This document shows, in pieces, positions 46,935-55,545 of a stretch of 64,000 bases of DNA. The DNA lies in IMG/VR virus record IMGVR_UViG_3300050500_000423, positions 1 to 64,000 of that record. One strand, written 5' to 3'. Within the stretch, counting starts at the first letter, position 1. Every line of letters starts with the position of its first letter. This DNA comes from a virus (lineage: Duplodnaviria; Caudoviricetes). Under the pieces are notes generated by a model. The model did not search any database. It was not told where the DNA came from and saw nothing but the letters and a program-made list of their open reading frames with translations. A program made the translations under genes and the position numbers.

Positions 46935-47173
46935 TCGGGACGTGCTCAGGCTGCCAGTTCGCCCTCGCGACCGTCGGCGGGTTGGAGTGCCGTCGGTACC
47001 CGCCGACGGTCGAGGATGTCGCCGGCGACCTCGTCGTCGCTGGCTTCCGGTACGTCCGCCCGGAGGACTGGTGCGGCGAGTACCAGCGGAGTGACCGGCA
47101 GTCCTCGTGCGCGCACTCGGGCAAGGTGCGCCGCGCCGACGGCATCTGCTCTCTCTGCGGGACCCGGCCGTGA
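46931..47173 (+). CDS. Cys-rich hypothetical protein
   Basis: CSGC...CRRYPP...DWCGEY. Confidence 0.55.
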   Translation: MIGTCSGCQFALATVGGLECRRYPPTVEDVAGDLVVAGFRYVRPEDWCGEYQRSDRQSSCAHSGKVRRADGICSLCGTRP

Positions 47174-47412
47174 GCAACCTCGAGCGTCCCTGCCCGGTGG
47201 GGTTCCTGACGCACGAGGAGTTGTCCGCGATCGAGGTCACAGCCGACCTCGTTGCCCTGCTCGATGACATCGTCGGTGACGGCGCGACGGCACAGCAGGA
47301 CCGAGCGGAACTCGTCGCGCTCGTCCACAGCATCCAGTACCGGATCATGGGGCAGGCGGCGGCGCGCGCGTACCCCGACCGGTTCCGGCTTCTCGGGGAG
47401 ACCATCGAATGA
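47170..47412 (+). CDS. hypothetical phage protein
   Basis: ELVALVHSIQYRIMGQAAARAYPDRFRL. Confidence 0.55.
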   Translation: MSNLERPCPVGFLTHEELSAIEVTADLVALLDDIVGDGATAQQDRAELVALVHSIQYRIMGQAAARAYPDRFRLLGETIE

Positions 47413-47774
47413 ACCACGGCGACGAGGTCTACGTCACGGTCCGAGGTCAGTCCGTCGCCGCTGTCGTACGCGGGCGGGGAACGCTCGGTGCCGTGTACGT
47501 CGAACTCGTCCAGCCGTTCTACGACCCGGAGGTGTCCCCCGATCCCGTGCGGTTCCTCTACCGGGACCCGTCCGAAGTCGCAGTACGGGTCGAGGACGCC
47601 CCGAATCTCTCCGCACCGCACGACTTCCATCGTCGGGGCTGGCGATGGTGGCTCTGCCGGCACTGCTACGCGCCGAGGGCGCTGCATCCCCGGCAGCGGT
47701 ATGTACGGTCGCGTCCGGTCGATGACAACCTCGTCTTGAGCCGTCGAGCACCGCACTTCCGGGAGGGCTGGTGA
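47409..47774 (+). CDS. hypothetical protein with zinc-binding C-terminus
   Basis: H.F...CRHCYAP...HP. Confidence 0.52.
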   Translation: MNHGDEVYVTVRGQSVAAVVRGRGTLGAVYVELVQPFYDPEVSPDPVRFLYRDPSEVAVRVEDAPNLSAPHDFHRRGWRWWLCRHCYAPRALHPRQRYVRSRPVDDNLVLSRRAPHFREGW

Positions 47775-47787
47775 CGCAGGACGCCGA

Positions 47788-48169
47788 GACGGTCTACGTG
47801 TTCCGAAGTTCGCGGTTCGGCGCGTTTCTGGTCGTCGCCTCGTGATTTCCGTGCGGCTGCGCGATTCGCGTGGTTCTGTCATCTTCGCCGCGCGACCCCG
47901 TTACAGGAGTAGGGCTGTAGGGTGCCGCGTTTCGTGCTTCGGTGAACGGACCTCTTCGTTCGGGGCACTGCTCGAAAAGTGGTTTCCGAGGGGACTCTTT
48001 CCGGGCTGCTCTCGGAGAATCGTTTTCGGGCGACGCTCCCGATCGCGGGTCCCCTACATCCCTACTCCCATAAGGAGGTCGCGGACCGAAGATGACGAAT
48101 CTGTGCGAATCGGGGCCGCGATGAGAAATCACGGGGCGACCCCCGAGTTCATGCAGATTCGTCATCTAG
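47788..48169. repeat. Long-hairpin non-coding element, copy B
   Basis: First 34 nt identical to copy A; same arm and core words; imperfect inverted arms. Confidence 0.85.
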
Positions 48170-48187
48170 CTCTGGGAGGATGCGCGC

Positions 48188-48430
48188 ATGGCCGTTCCTG
48201 CGACTGAAACGAAGCCGGCGCTCCCGACGACGGCCGACGGCGACCACGACCGGTTCTCGCACTACGCCCCGAAGGCCGACGTCGCTCGGGCGTACGCGAT
48301 GGGTGAGCCGATCACGGCGCTGTGCGGGAAGCGGTGGGTTCCGTCTCGCGATCCGGAGCGTTACCCGATCTGCCCGGACTGTGTTCGTATCAAGGCGTCC
48401 CTCGACGCCGGAGGAGAAGAGACCCCGTGA
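48188..48430 (+). CDS. DUF3039 domain protein
   Basis: GDHDRFSHY...GEPITALCGKRWVPSRDPERYPICPDC. Confidence 0.85.
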   Translation: MAVPATETKPALPTTADGDHDRFSHYAPKADVARAYAMGEPITALCGKRWVPSRDPERYPICPDCVRIKASLDAGGEETP

Positions 48431-48972
48431 CCGAACGAAGGACCGCCGGCGTGCTCGCCCTCGCCGGGTTCATAGCCTGCATCTTCCTCGCGAACTACTC
48501 GATCGCGCATTGGGGCACGGTCCCGTTCCCGGGGGGACCACACACCGTGACGCTCCTCGGCTTCACCGGACCGTCGGGCGTGCTCTTCGTCGGCGTGAGC
48601 TTCCTCCTCCGCGACCTCGCGCAGATGGCCCTCGGCCGCTGGCCGGTCGTCGCAGCGATCGGCGTCGGGGCCGTCCTCTCGTACGCGGTCGCGCCGTCGC
48701 TCGCCTGGGCGTCCGCCGCCGCGTTCCTCGTCTCGGAGCTCGCGGACTTCGCCGTCTACACGCCCCTCGCGGAGCGGGGACGCTGGTGGGCGGGCGTCGG
48801 ACTGTCGAACACCGTCGGGTCCGCCGTCGACACGGCGCTGTTCCTCTGGCTGGCGTTCGGGTCCCTCGAGTTCTTCTGGGGGCAGTTCTGGCTCAAGTTC
48901 CTCGTGACGATCCCCGCGCTCGTGGTCCTCGCGCCGATCCGTCTCCGGCAGCGCGCCGCCGCGGCGGCGTAG
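48427..48972 (+). CDS. VUT-family (YhhQ-like) queuosine-precursor transporter
   Basis: Multi-TM; LANY, LLRDLAQ, AFLVSELADFAVY, SNTVGSAVDTALFLWLAFG, GQFWLK. Confidence 0.82.
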   Translation: MTERRTAGVLALAGFIACIFLANYSIAHWGTVPFPGGPHTVTLLGFTGPSGVLFVGVSFLLRDLAQMALGRWPVVAAIGVGAVLSYAVAPSLAWASAAAFLVSELADFAVYTPLAERGRWWAGVGLSNTVGSAVDTALFLWLAFGSLEFFWGQFWLKFLVTIPALVVLAPIRLRQRAAAAA

Positions 48973-48975
48973 CTC

Positions 48976-49653
48976 GTGCTCTACCTCGCGACGTCTCCCT
49001 CGTACTCCGGCGTGGTCGACCTCCTCGACCGCCGCCGCCTCGGACTCATGTGCCAACCGGGGACGAACCATCCGCGGGTCGGCTGGCTGTGGGGAGCGGA
49101 CAACGCGTGCCACCGGGCGGAGTGCTTCGACCGGGGATGCGCGGCGACGGGGTACGCCTGCGTCACGAAGTGGGACGAGGCACGGTGGCTCCGGTGGCTC
49201 CGCTCGGAGAACCTCCCGCGCCCGGGCGCGCTGTTCGCGACGGCTCCCGACACGGTCGGAGACGCCGCCCTCACGATCGACCGCTTCGTCGGCGGGGCGT
49301 ACACGCACCTGATCCGAGCCGCCCGCTACCCCGTCGCTCTCGTCGCGCAGGACGGGATGGAGGACCTCGAGGTCCCCTGGGCTGACCTCGACGTGCTGTT
49401 CATCGGCGGGTCGACGGACTGGAAGCTCGGGGAAGGCGCTCGGGCGGTCGCGGCGGAGGCACGAGCTCGGGGGAAGTGGGTCCACGTCGGCCGGGTGAAC
49501 TCGTCCGGCCGGTACCGCGCATGGGCACCCGACGCCGACTCCGCCGACGGGTCGTTCCTCTCGTTCGGCCCCGACCAGAACCTCCCGCGGCTCATGCGCT
49601 GGCTCGTGGAGCACGAAGGCGCGCCGACGCTCTGGGAAGGCGCGCCGACGTGA
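48976..49653 (+). CDS. TGT/DpdA-like TIM-barrel protein
   Basis: ADN, APDTVGD, VAQDG, FIGG, HVGRVN, SADGS occur in the order of the TGT-family motifs; adjacent to VUT. Confidence 0.55.
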   Translation: MLYLATSPSYSGVVDLLDRRRLGLMCQPGTNHPRVGWLWGADNACHRAECFDRGCAATGYACVTKWDEARWLRWLRSENLPRPGALFATAPDTVGDAALTIDRFVGGAYTHLIRAARYPVALVAQDGMEDLEVPWADLDVLFIGGSTDWKLGEGARAVAAEARARGKWVHVGRVNSSGRYRAWAPDADSADGSFLSFGPDQNLPRLMRWLVEHEGAPTLWEGAPT

Positions 49654-49910
49654 CCGAGCGACTCCTCGCCCTGCCCCCGGTCGAGAAGGTCGTCCGGTCG
49701 AAGTGCCGAGACCTCGTACCCCTCGCTCCGGGTCGCTGCGCTCGTTGCGGCGCAGCGACGGTCCCCGAGGTACACGGGCTGCTCTCGCTTCTCCGCCACG
49801 GCGGCTATGGGGCCGACCGGGAGACGACCTACGCCGTCTGCTCGTCCCTGACATGCCGGTACACGCGACGCGTCGAGGTCATCGAACGCAGCCCGAGGCG
49901 GCGATCGTGA
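49650..49910 (+). CDS. zinc-ribbon hypothetical protein
   Basis: CARC...CSSLTC. Confidence 0.5.
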   Translation: MTERLLALPPVEKVVRSKCRDLVPLAPGRCARCGAATVPEVHGLLSLLRHGGYGADRETTYAVCSSLTCRYTRRVEVIERSPRRRS

Positions 49911-51379
49911 CCGACTTCCGAGACGCAGACCTCGACACGCTCCGGGAACTCATCGACCAGACAGAGGACCCCGAGGAACTCGAGGCACTTGCTATCGCGC
50001 TCGGGTCCGAGTACCCATGGGAGCCGCAACCGCATCAGCTTCCCCCGCCGGGGGAACCACCGTGGACGTGGTGCTTCCAGGGCGGCCGAGGGACCGGCAA
50101 GACCGACACGGGGGCGCACTACACGGACGAGCACATGAGCGGCCCGCCGTGCGACCATCGCTGGCCGGGAGGGCACAAGGGGCTCCTAATCGGCCCGACC
50201 CACGCTGACGTCGTCGCCTCGACCATCCGAGGGGTCTCCGGGCTGATCGCGCACAACCCGGGTGTCCGACAGGTCGGCCGGAAGGACGGCACGTTCGCGA
50301 TCTGGCCGAACGGAGCGGAGGCGGTCTGCCTCGGGATGCACACCGAGCAGGACGCTGAACGTCTCCGGGCACAGGCGGCGAACACGTGCTTCTGGTGGAT
50401 CGACGAGGCAGCGATCGGCCGGCACCTCTCGACCGCTGTCGACAACCTCCGGTTCGGCGCTCGAGGTGTTCTCGGGGGACGGCAGCCGCACGGCATCGCG
50501 ACAACGACCCCGAAGGCGACGCCCGCCTACAAGTCGTTCCTCCGAATGCCCGGCGTCGCGGTGACGTACGCGTCGAGCTACCAGAACCGGTACCTCACGG
50601 CGGAGCACCGCGAGTTGATCGCGCACTACGAAGGGACACGACTCGGCCGGCAGGAAATCTACGGCGAGCTCGTCGATGACTACGAGGGGGCGCTCTTCGA
50701 TCGGCAGACCCTCGCGGAGGACCGCATCACGGACCCGGCGATTCTCGCCCTCGACGCGGACGGGCAACTCTCCGCGCTCGGCTGTTCCCGCACGTTCACG
50801 GGGATCGACCCATCGACGTGGATTCCGGAGATAGGCGCACCCCCCGCGGACGACGAGTACGAAGGCGGCGCCGGGATCGAGACCGGCATCGTCACTATCG
50901 GGATCGACCGACGGTGGCCGCCGCACATCTACGTGACCGAGGACCGCTCCGGTCGTGTCGCCGCGATCGAGTGGGCACGCCGCGCTGTCGCGCAGCACTA
51001 CCTCTGGCACTCAACGATCGTCCCGGAAACGAACGCAGGGGGCGACCTCGTCCTCGCGACCATCGCGTTGACGGACGCGACCGTGCCGATCTACCGAGAG
51101 TTCGACCCCGAGACAAACAAGCTGTCGAAGAAACCGGGAGTCCGCGCACGGATCGGGAAGCGCGCCCGGGCGGAACCCGTCGGTGCCCTGTCCGACCAAC
51201 ATCGGTTGCACATGGTCGGAGAGTTCCCCGCGTTGGAGTCGACGCTCTGCGGATGGGACCCGACGGAGAACTGGTCCCCGGACCGTCTTGACGCGTTCGT
51301 CTGGGCGGTACACGGCGCGCGGCCGTGGCGGAAGCGCACCACCGCGGGTGTCGGAGGTCGTGGCTCCACCCGACGGTGA
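49907..51379 (+). CDS. terL: Terminase large subunit
   Basis: QGGRGTGKT (Walker A), WWIDEA (Walker B), TTTP, TGIDP...GIETGIV, ETNAGG, SPDRLDAFVWA. Confidence 0.9.
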   Translation: MTDFRDADLDTLRELIDQTEDPEELEALAIALGSEYPWEPQPHQLPPPGEPPWTWCFQGGRGTGKTDTGAHYTDEHMSGPPCDHRWPGGHKGLLIGPTHADVVASTIRGVSGLIAHNPGVRQVGRKDGTFAIWPNGAEAVCLGMHTEQDAERLRAQAANTCFWWIDEAAIGRHLSTAVDNLRFGARGVLGGRQPHGIATTTPKATPAYKSFLRMPGVAVTYASSYQNRYLTAEHRELIAHYEGTRLGRQEIYGELVDDYEGALFDRQTLAEDRITDPAILALDADGQLSALGCSRTFTGIDPSTWIPEIGAPPADDEYEGGAGIETGIVTIGIDRRWPPHIYVTEDRSGRVAAIEWARRAVAQHYLWHSTIVPETNAGGDLVLATIALTDATVPIYREFDPETNKLSKKPGVRARIGKRARAEPVGALSDQHRLHMVGEFPALESTLCGWDPTENWSPDRLDAFVWAVHGARPWRKRTTAGVGGRGSTRR

Positions 51380-51433
51380 ACCTCGGGGAGTACGATCCCG
51401 CCGTCGACACTCCGTACCAGGGAGGCACGCACC

Positions 51434-51766
51434 GTGGGGCTGTACAAGGTCGGGCCGAACCTCGCTCCTGCGGGCGGGAACCGTCTCATGGCAGGTGAGA
51501 CCGTCACGATCAAGGACGAGGATCTCGGCCCGTACGCACACGCGATCGCGGCTGGATACCTCGTCCCGGTCTCCGACGATGACACCCCGACGGCGAACGT
51601 CGAGGATGTCACCTCGTCGGGTGCGTCGCAGCGCGCCGCGGCCGGTCGAGCCGTGACCGCCCCACCCGACGAGGACCCACCCGACGAGGACCCGAACGAC
51701 GCGGTACTCCCGACGGTCGGCAGCGAGACAGACGACGACACCACGAGTGTCGCCAACGCGGACTGA
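51434..51766 (+). CDS. acidic low-complexity protein
   Basis: RBS GGAGG; PPDED repeats. Confidence 0.52.
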   Translation: MGLYKVGPNLAPAGGNRLMAGETVTIKDEDLGPYAHAIAAGYLVPVSDDDTPTANVEDVTSSGASQRAAAGRAVTAPPDEDPPDEDPNDAVLPTVGSETDDDTTSVANAD

Positions 51767-52136
51767 CGCGTTGCCCGACCTCGCGATCCTCGTCGTTCTC
51801 GCGCTCGCGACCTACCGCCTGACTCGCGTCGTCACGACGGACTCCATCTCCGACGGCTTCCGAGCCGCGGTCTACCGGTTCGCCTACGACGACGCCGCGG
51901 CCGTCATCGACGAGCAGACGAAGCAGTTCGTCGCGGCACCGCGCGCACCGTGGCGGACCTGGCTGTACGCCCTGTTCTCCTGTCCGCACTGCCTTGGCGT
52001 CTGGGTCGGGATCGGCGTCTACTGCGCCTGGCGGTGGGGTAGCGACGCAGCTCTCGCGGTCCTTGCCGTCGCCGCGTTGACCGGCGCGCAGTCCGCCCTC
52101 GCGAGCTTCGTCTCCGCCGCGGAGGGCGACGAGTAG
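51747..52136 (+). CDS. DUF1360-family membrane protein
   Basis: LATYRLTRVVTTDSI...LFSCPHCLGVWVG. Confidence 0.72.
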   Translation: MSPTRTDALPDLAILVVLALATYRLTRVVTTDSISDGFRAAVYRFAYDDAAAVIDEQTKQFVAAPRAPWRTWLYALFSCPHCLGVWVGIGVYCAWRWGSDAALAVLAVAALTGAQSALASFVSAAEGDE

Positions 52137-52312
52137 TGCCCGACGTACTCCGCGCTCTCGTGACCTTCGACGTCGAACCCCTCGATGCGACCGGCCGAGT
52201 CGTCGCGGTCTCCGCCGCGCTCAGCGTCGCGGAGGGCGACAGCCATCCGACTGGCGCGAAGCCGCTTCTCCTCGGAGTGATCGACCTCGACGTGGAGGAC
52301 GAGCCGTCGTGA
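52136..52312 (+). CDS. small hypothetical protein (not in the ORF track)
   Basis: MPDVLRALVTFDVEPLDATGRVVAVSAAL...; overlaps both neighbours. Confidence 0.45.
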   Translation: MPDVLRALVTFDVEPLDATGRVVAVSAALSVAEGDSHPTGAKPLLLGVIDLDVEDEPS

Positions 52313-55300
52313 GAGCAGCACCGATCCCCCGCCGAGCTCGCCAAGCAGCCGTTCAGCCCGTCACGAGCGCCCCGTCGAGTGGCGTCATCCTCGCTCGCGG
52401 GAACCGTTCCCGTGGTCTCGCCCTGCGCGAGAACCGGTACTACGCCGACTATCAGTCCTGGCAGTTCCCGGCACGGCACGCCGCCCGCACTGTCGGGGTC
52501 GCGCGCATGGCCGCGAACATGGTCGCTCAGACCGCGTCGCGCGTGCTGCTCCACGTCGAGGAGCAGGACCCGCGCGGCGACTGGGCCGAGACCGAGAAGC
52601 CCGAACTCGCCCGCGAAATGGACGGCTACCGGAACGAGACCCTCGGCCAGGGATCAAGCGAACTCGTCCGCCTGCACACCTGGCAGTACCAAGTCCCCGG
52701 CGAAGGCGCGATCGTGAACCGCGACAACGCGTATGGGCAGGCCGAGTGGCTCGTCGTTGGTCTCCCCGCGATCGAGTGGAACCAGCCTCGCCCCGGGTTC
52801 GCGACGGTGAAGCTCCACCCGACGGGCCGGATCATGGAGGGACTCGCGTTCGAGGTTCCGCTCGAGCAGGTCGTTCACTTCTGGATGCCGGATGAGGACT
52901 TCCTCGGTCTCGCGGTCTCCCCGATGACCGCAGCGATGAACGACCTCGACCGGTACGTGGCGTTCACGCGGTACGCGGGCAGGCAGGCGCACAACTACCT
53001 GGCGATGAACGGTGCGTTCTGGACGCCGGGTGCAGCGCACGTCTCAGAGAACGCGTCCGACGAGGACGTCACCGACGGCGACCGGGAAAAGAAGTCCGAC
53101 CTCCTCCGGCAGTACGAGGAAATGGCTGCCGTGTCCATCTCCGACTTCGATGACGAGATGCTCGAGTCGGTCGTCCCGCCGATGATGTGGTGGGACGGCG
53201 CCAAGCCGGAATGGGTCGAGATCGGCCGGCCACTCGATGAGCAGGGCATCGCGCACCGGGCCGAAGCGATGATGGACTTCGCCCGCGACGTCGATGCTCC
53301 CGCCGCCCTGATCACCTCGGGTGGGTCGTCGGACGAGAACCACTGGAATGCGTGGATGACGAAGGAACGGTTCCTCGGAGCCGTCGCGCCGACCCTCGAC
53401 CGCGTCACGCACCAGGACCTCACGGTCACGTACCTGCATCCCCTCCTCCGGCTCCGTGGCGTCTCCGAGGCGGAACTCGGCCGGTACCGGGTCGGGTACG
53501 ACGCGAACCCGGTCATCAAGCAGCCCGACGAGTCGGAGAAGGCGCTCCGCGCCTGGATGGCGGGTCTCCTCGGAGCGAAGCCCGCGCTCGAGAAGATGGG
53601 TTTCGATCCCGACACGTTGGCGGGACCAGACGACTTGGAACGCCTCGCCGCGATCCTGTCGAACTTCGCCGGGGAGATCCCCACGGCGGACGCCCCCGAC
53701 GTGAACACCCCCGACGGTCCTGCTGGACCGGGGAACGTCAGCGAGGGACCGCCGCCGGGTCCACCGACCCCGGCGAACATGCTCCGGGGTCTGCTCCCGC
53801 ATCTCTACGACCGCCGGCAGCGTGCAGCACCGATCCGTACGAACGGGACAGCCACGGCGCGCGCTGCGGCGTCCTCGACGCTTCTCGCGGAGGCGCTGAA
53901 CCCGACAGACACGGGCGTCATGGTCTCGATCGACGTACCGCTCGAGCTGGCGCAGATGGTCGCCCTCCCCGACGGTGAACCCCCCGAGGGGCTGCACCTG
54001 ACGCTCGCGTTCGTTCTCGGCGAAGCCGCCGAGCTTCCGCAGGCGCTCCACGACGCCCTCATCACCGCGGCGCAGGAAGCGGCCGCCGAGACGGGTCCGA
54101 TTCACGTCTCGCTCTCCCACGTCGAGAGGTTCGCCCCGAACGAGGAGGGGATGCAGCCGGTCACGCTCGTGGACTCCGGCCCTGCCGTCCCTGAGCTCGC
54201 CTCTCGCCTCCGGGTCGCCCTCGACGCTGCGTCGATCCCCTACAGCGACGATCACGGCTTCCGGGCGCATATGACGCTCGGGTACTACCCGGAGGGCGAG
54301 GGACCGGAGTCCGGTCCGCTCGAGACCCCCGTCGAGTTCGACGCCTCCGGCATCGGCGTGCATTGGGGACCCGAGGTACTCGCTGTCCCTTTCGGCGGTA
54401 GCAAGGCGGCGACGGCGTCCGTTCGGGTCGAGCATGCCCCCGAGCAGCCGAGCGTGGCCGCGACAGCAGCCGTCTCGACGGTCGGGTCGCAGGCACGCCG
54501 CGAGGTCACCGCGGCACGCCGGACGCTCTCTCGCCTGGCTCGGGTCCGCCGGGATGTCGCTCGGCAACTACTCGGCGGGGCGGAAGCAGCGTTCGCGGCG
54601 GCGCTCAACCAGGCCGGGGTACGGGCGAGAACGAAGGCAGCGAACAAGCATGGTCGGGGACTCGCCGCGTCCGTGAGAGCAGCGTTCGAGCAGGGCGAGG
54701 GTCTCCGGCCGTTCTTCGGGACGCTCGGCATCACGGAGGCCGAGCTTCTCCGTGGAGCGTTCGATGAGTTCCAGGGGCAGGCAGCGGCATGGCTGGCGTA
54801 CGCCCGTGAGGAGCAACGTCAGGTCGCTCAGGACGCCGGGTACGACCCGTCTGCCCTCGGGGCAGCGTCAGAGGACGACGAGACCTCCGCAGCCGCCGCG
54901 ATGTTCCTCGCTGCCTCACTGCTCGCCCTCGCCCGCGGTCGTATCCTCGCCGGCACCGACGCAGCGAACCCGAACGGCCCCGGCGAGGTCTCCGGCGCGG
55001 TCCCCGCCTCGATCGTCGGCGCGACGCTCGCCGTCGCCGAGGGTTCCGCTCTCGGCGCGCTCGGGGAATCCCCCGACCTTCTGCCCGAACTCCGACCGAC
55101 GAGACGTATCCCGCTCGACGCGTCGATCCGGTCGCAACTCTCGGTCCGTCTCGACGTGATCCTCTCCACCGCGAAGCCTGCCGGGACTCGCGAAGCGGGA
55201 CGCCTCGCGAAGGTCAGCGACCGGCTCGTGCAGGCACCCACGGAGTACGTCTGGGTCCACGGCTTCTACGCGTCGCCCAAGACGACGTTCGACCCGCACC

Positions 55301-55482
55301 TCCGCCTCGAGGGGCACCGGACGAACAACCCGGAGACCGACCCGGCGTACGTGAACCCGGGTCCGTGGCCGGACCCGGGGACGTGGCCGTTCTTCCAGCC
55401 GGCGGATCATCTCGGCTGCACGTGCGCGCAGATAGCGCAGGTCGACTCGACCCTCTCGACCCTCATCGACGCGCTCGCCTGA
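52309..55482 (+). CDS. Portal protein fused to a 2H phosphoesterase and a MuF-like head-morphogenesis domain
   Basis: Follows terL; portal-like N-terminal ~450 aa; HLT (53995) and HMT (54268) 2H motifs; C-terminal PADHLGCTC. Confidence 0.75.
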   Translation: MRAAPIPRRARQAAVQPVTSAPSSGVILARGNRSRGLALRENRYYADYQSWQFPARHAARTVGVARMAANMVAQTASRVLLHVEEQDPRGDWAETEKPELAREMDGYRNETLGQGSSELVRLHTWQYQVPGEGAIVNRDNAYGQAEWLVVGLPAIEWNQPRPGFATVKLHPTGRIMEGLAFEVPLEQVVHFWMPDEDFLGLAVSPMTAAMNDLDRYVAFTRYAGRQAHNYLAMNGAFWTPGAAHVSENASDEDVTDGDREKKSDLLRQYEEMAAVSISDFDDEMLESVVPPMMWWDGAKPEWVEIGRPLDEQGIAHRAEAMMDFARDVDAPAALITSGGSSDENHWNAWMTKERFLGAVAPTLDRVTHQDLTVTYLHPLLRLRGVSEAELGRYRVGYDANPVIKQPDESEKALRAWMAGLLGAKPALEKMGFDPDTLAGPDDLERLAAILSNFAGEIPTADAPDVNTPDGPAGPGNVSEGPPPGPPTPANMLRGLLPHLYDRRQRAAPIRTNGTATARAAASSTLLAEALNPTDTGVMVSIDVPLELAQMVALPDGEPPEGLHLTLAFVLGEAAELPQALHDALITAAQEAAAETGPIHVSLSHVERFAPNEEGMQPVTLVDSGPAVPELASRLRVALDAASIPYSDDHGFRAHMTLGYYPEGEGPESGPLETPVEFDASGIGVHWGPEVLAVPFGGSKAATASVRVEHAPEQPSVAATAAVSTVGSQARREVTAARRTLSRLARVRRDVARQLLGGAEAAFAAALNQAGVRARTKAANKHGRGLAASVRAAFEQGEGLRPFFGTLGITEAELLRGAFDEFQGQAAAWLAYAREEQRQVAQDAGYDPSALGAASEDDETSAAAAMFLAASLLALARGRILAGTDAANPNGPGEVSGAVPASIVGATLAVAEGSALGALGESPDLLPELRPTRRIPLDASIRSQLSVRLDVILSTAKPAGTREAGRLAKVSDRLVQAPTEYVWVHGFYASPKTTFDPHLRLEGHRTNNPETDPAYVNPGPWPDPGTWPFFQPADHLGCTCAQIAQVDSTLSTLIDALA

Positions 55483-55484
55483 GT

Positions 55485-55505
55485 TACGGGCGTACTACGC
55501 CCGTA
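55485..55505. promoter_or_regulatory. Perfect 21-bp palindrome upstream of the AAA ATPase (operator or terminator-like)
   Basis: TACGGGCGTA-C-TACGCCCGTA, followed by TAGACT and an RBS. Confidence 0.45.
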
Positions 55506-55545
55506 GCCCCGTAGACTCGGGCACTCGATCGAGGAGGACGAAAGC

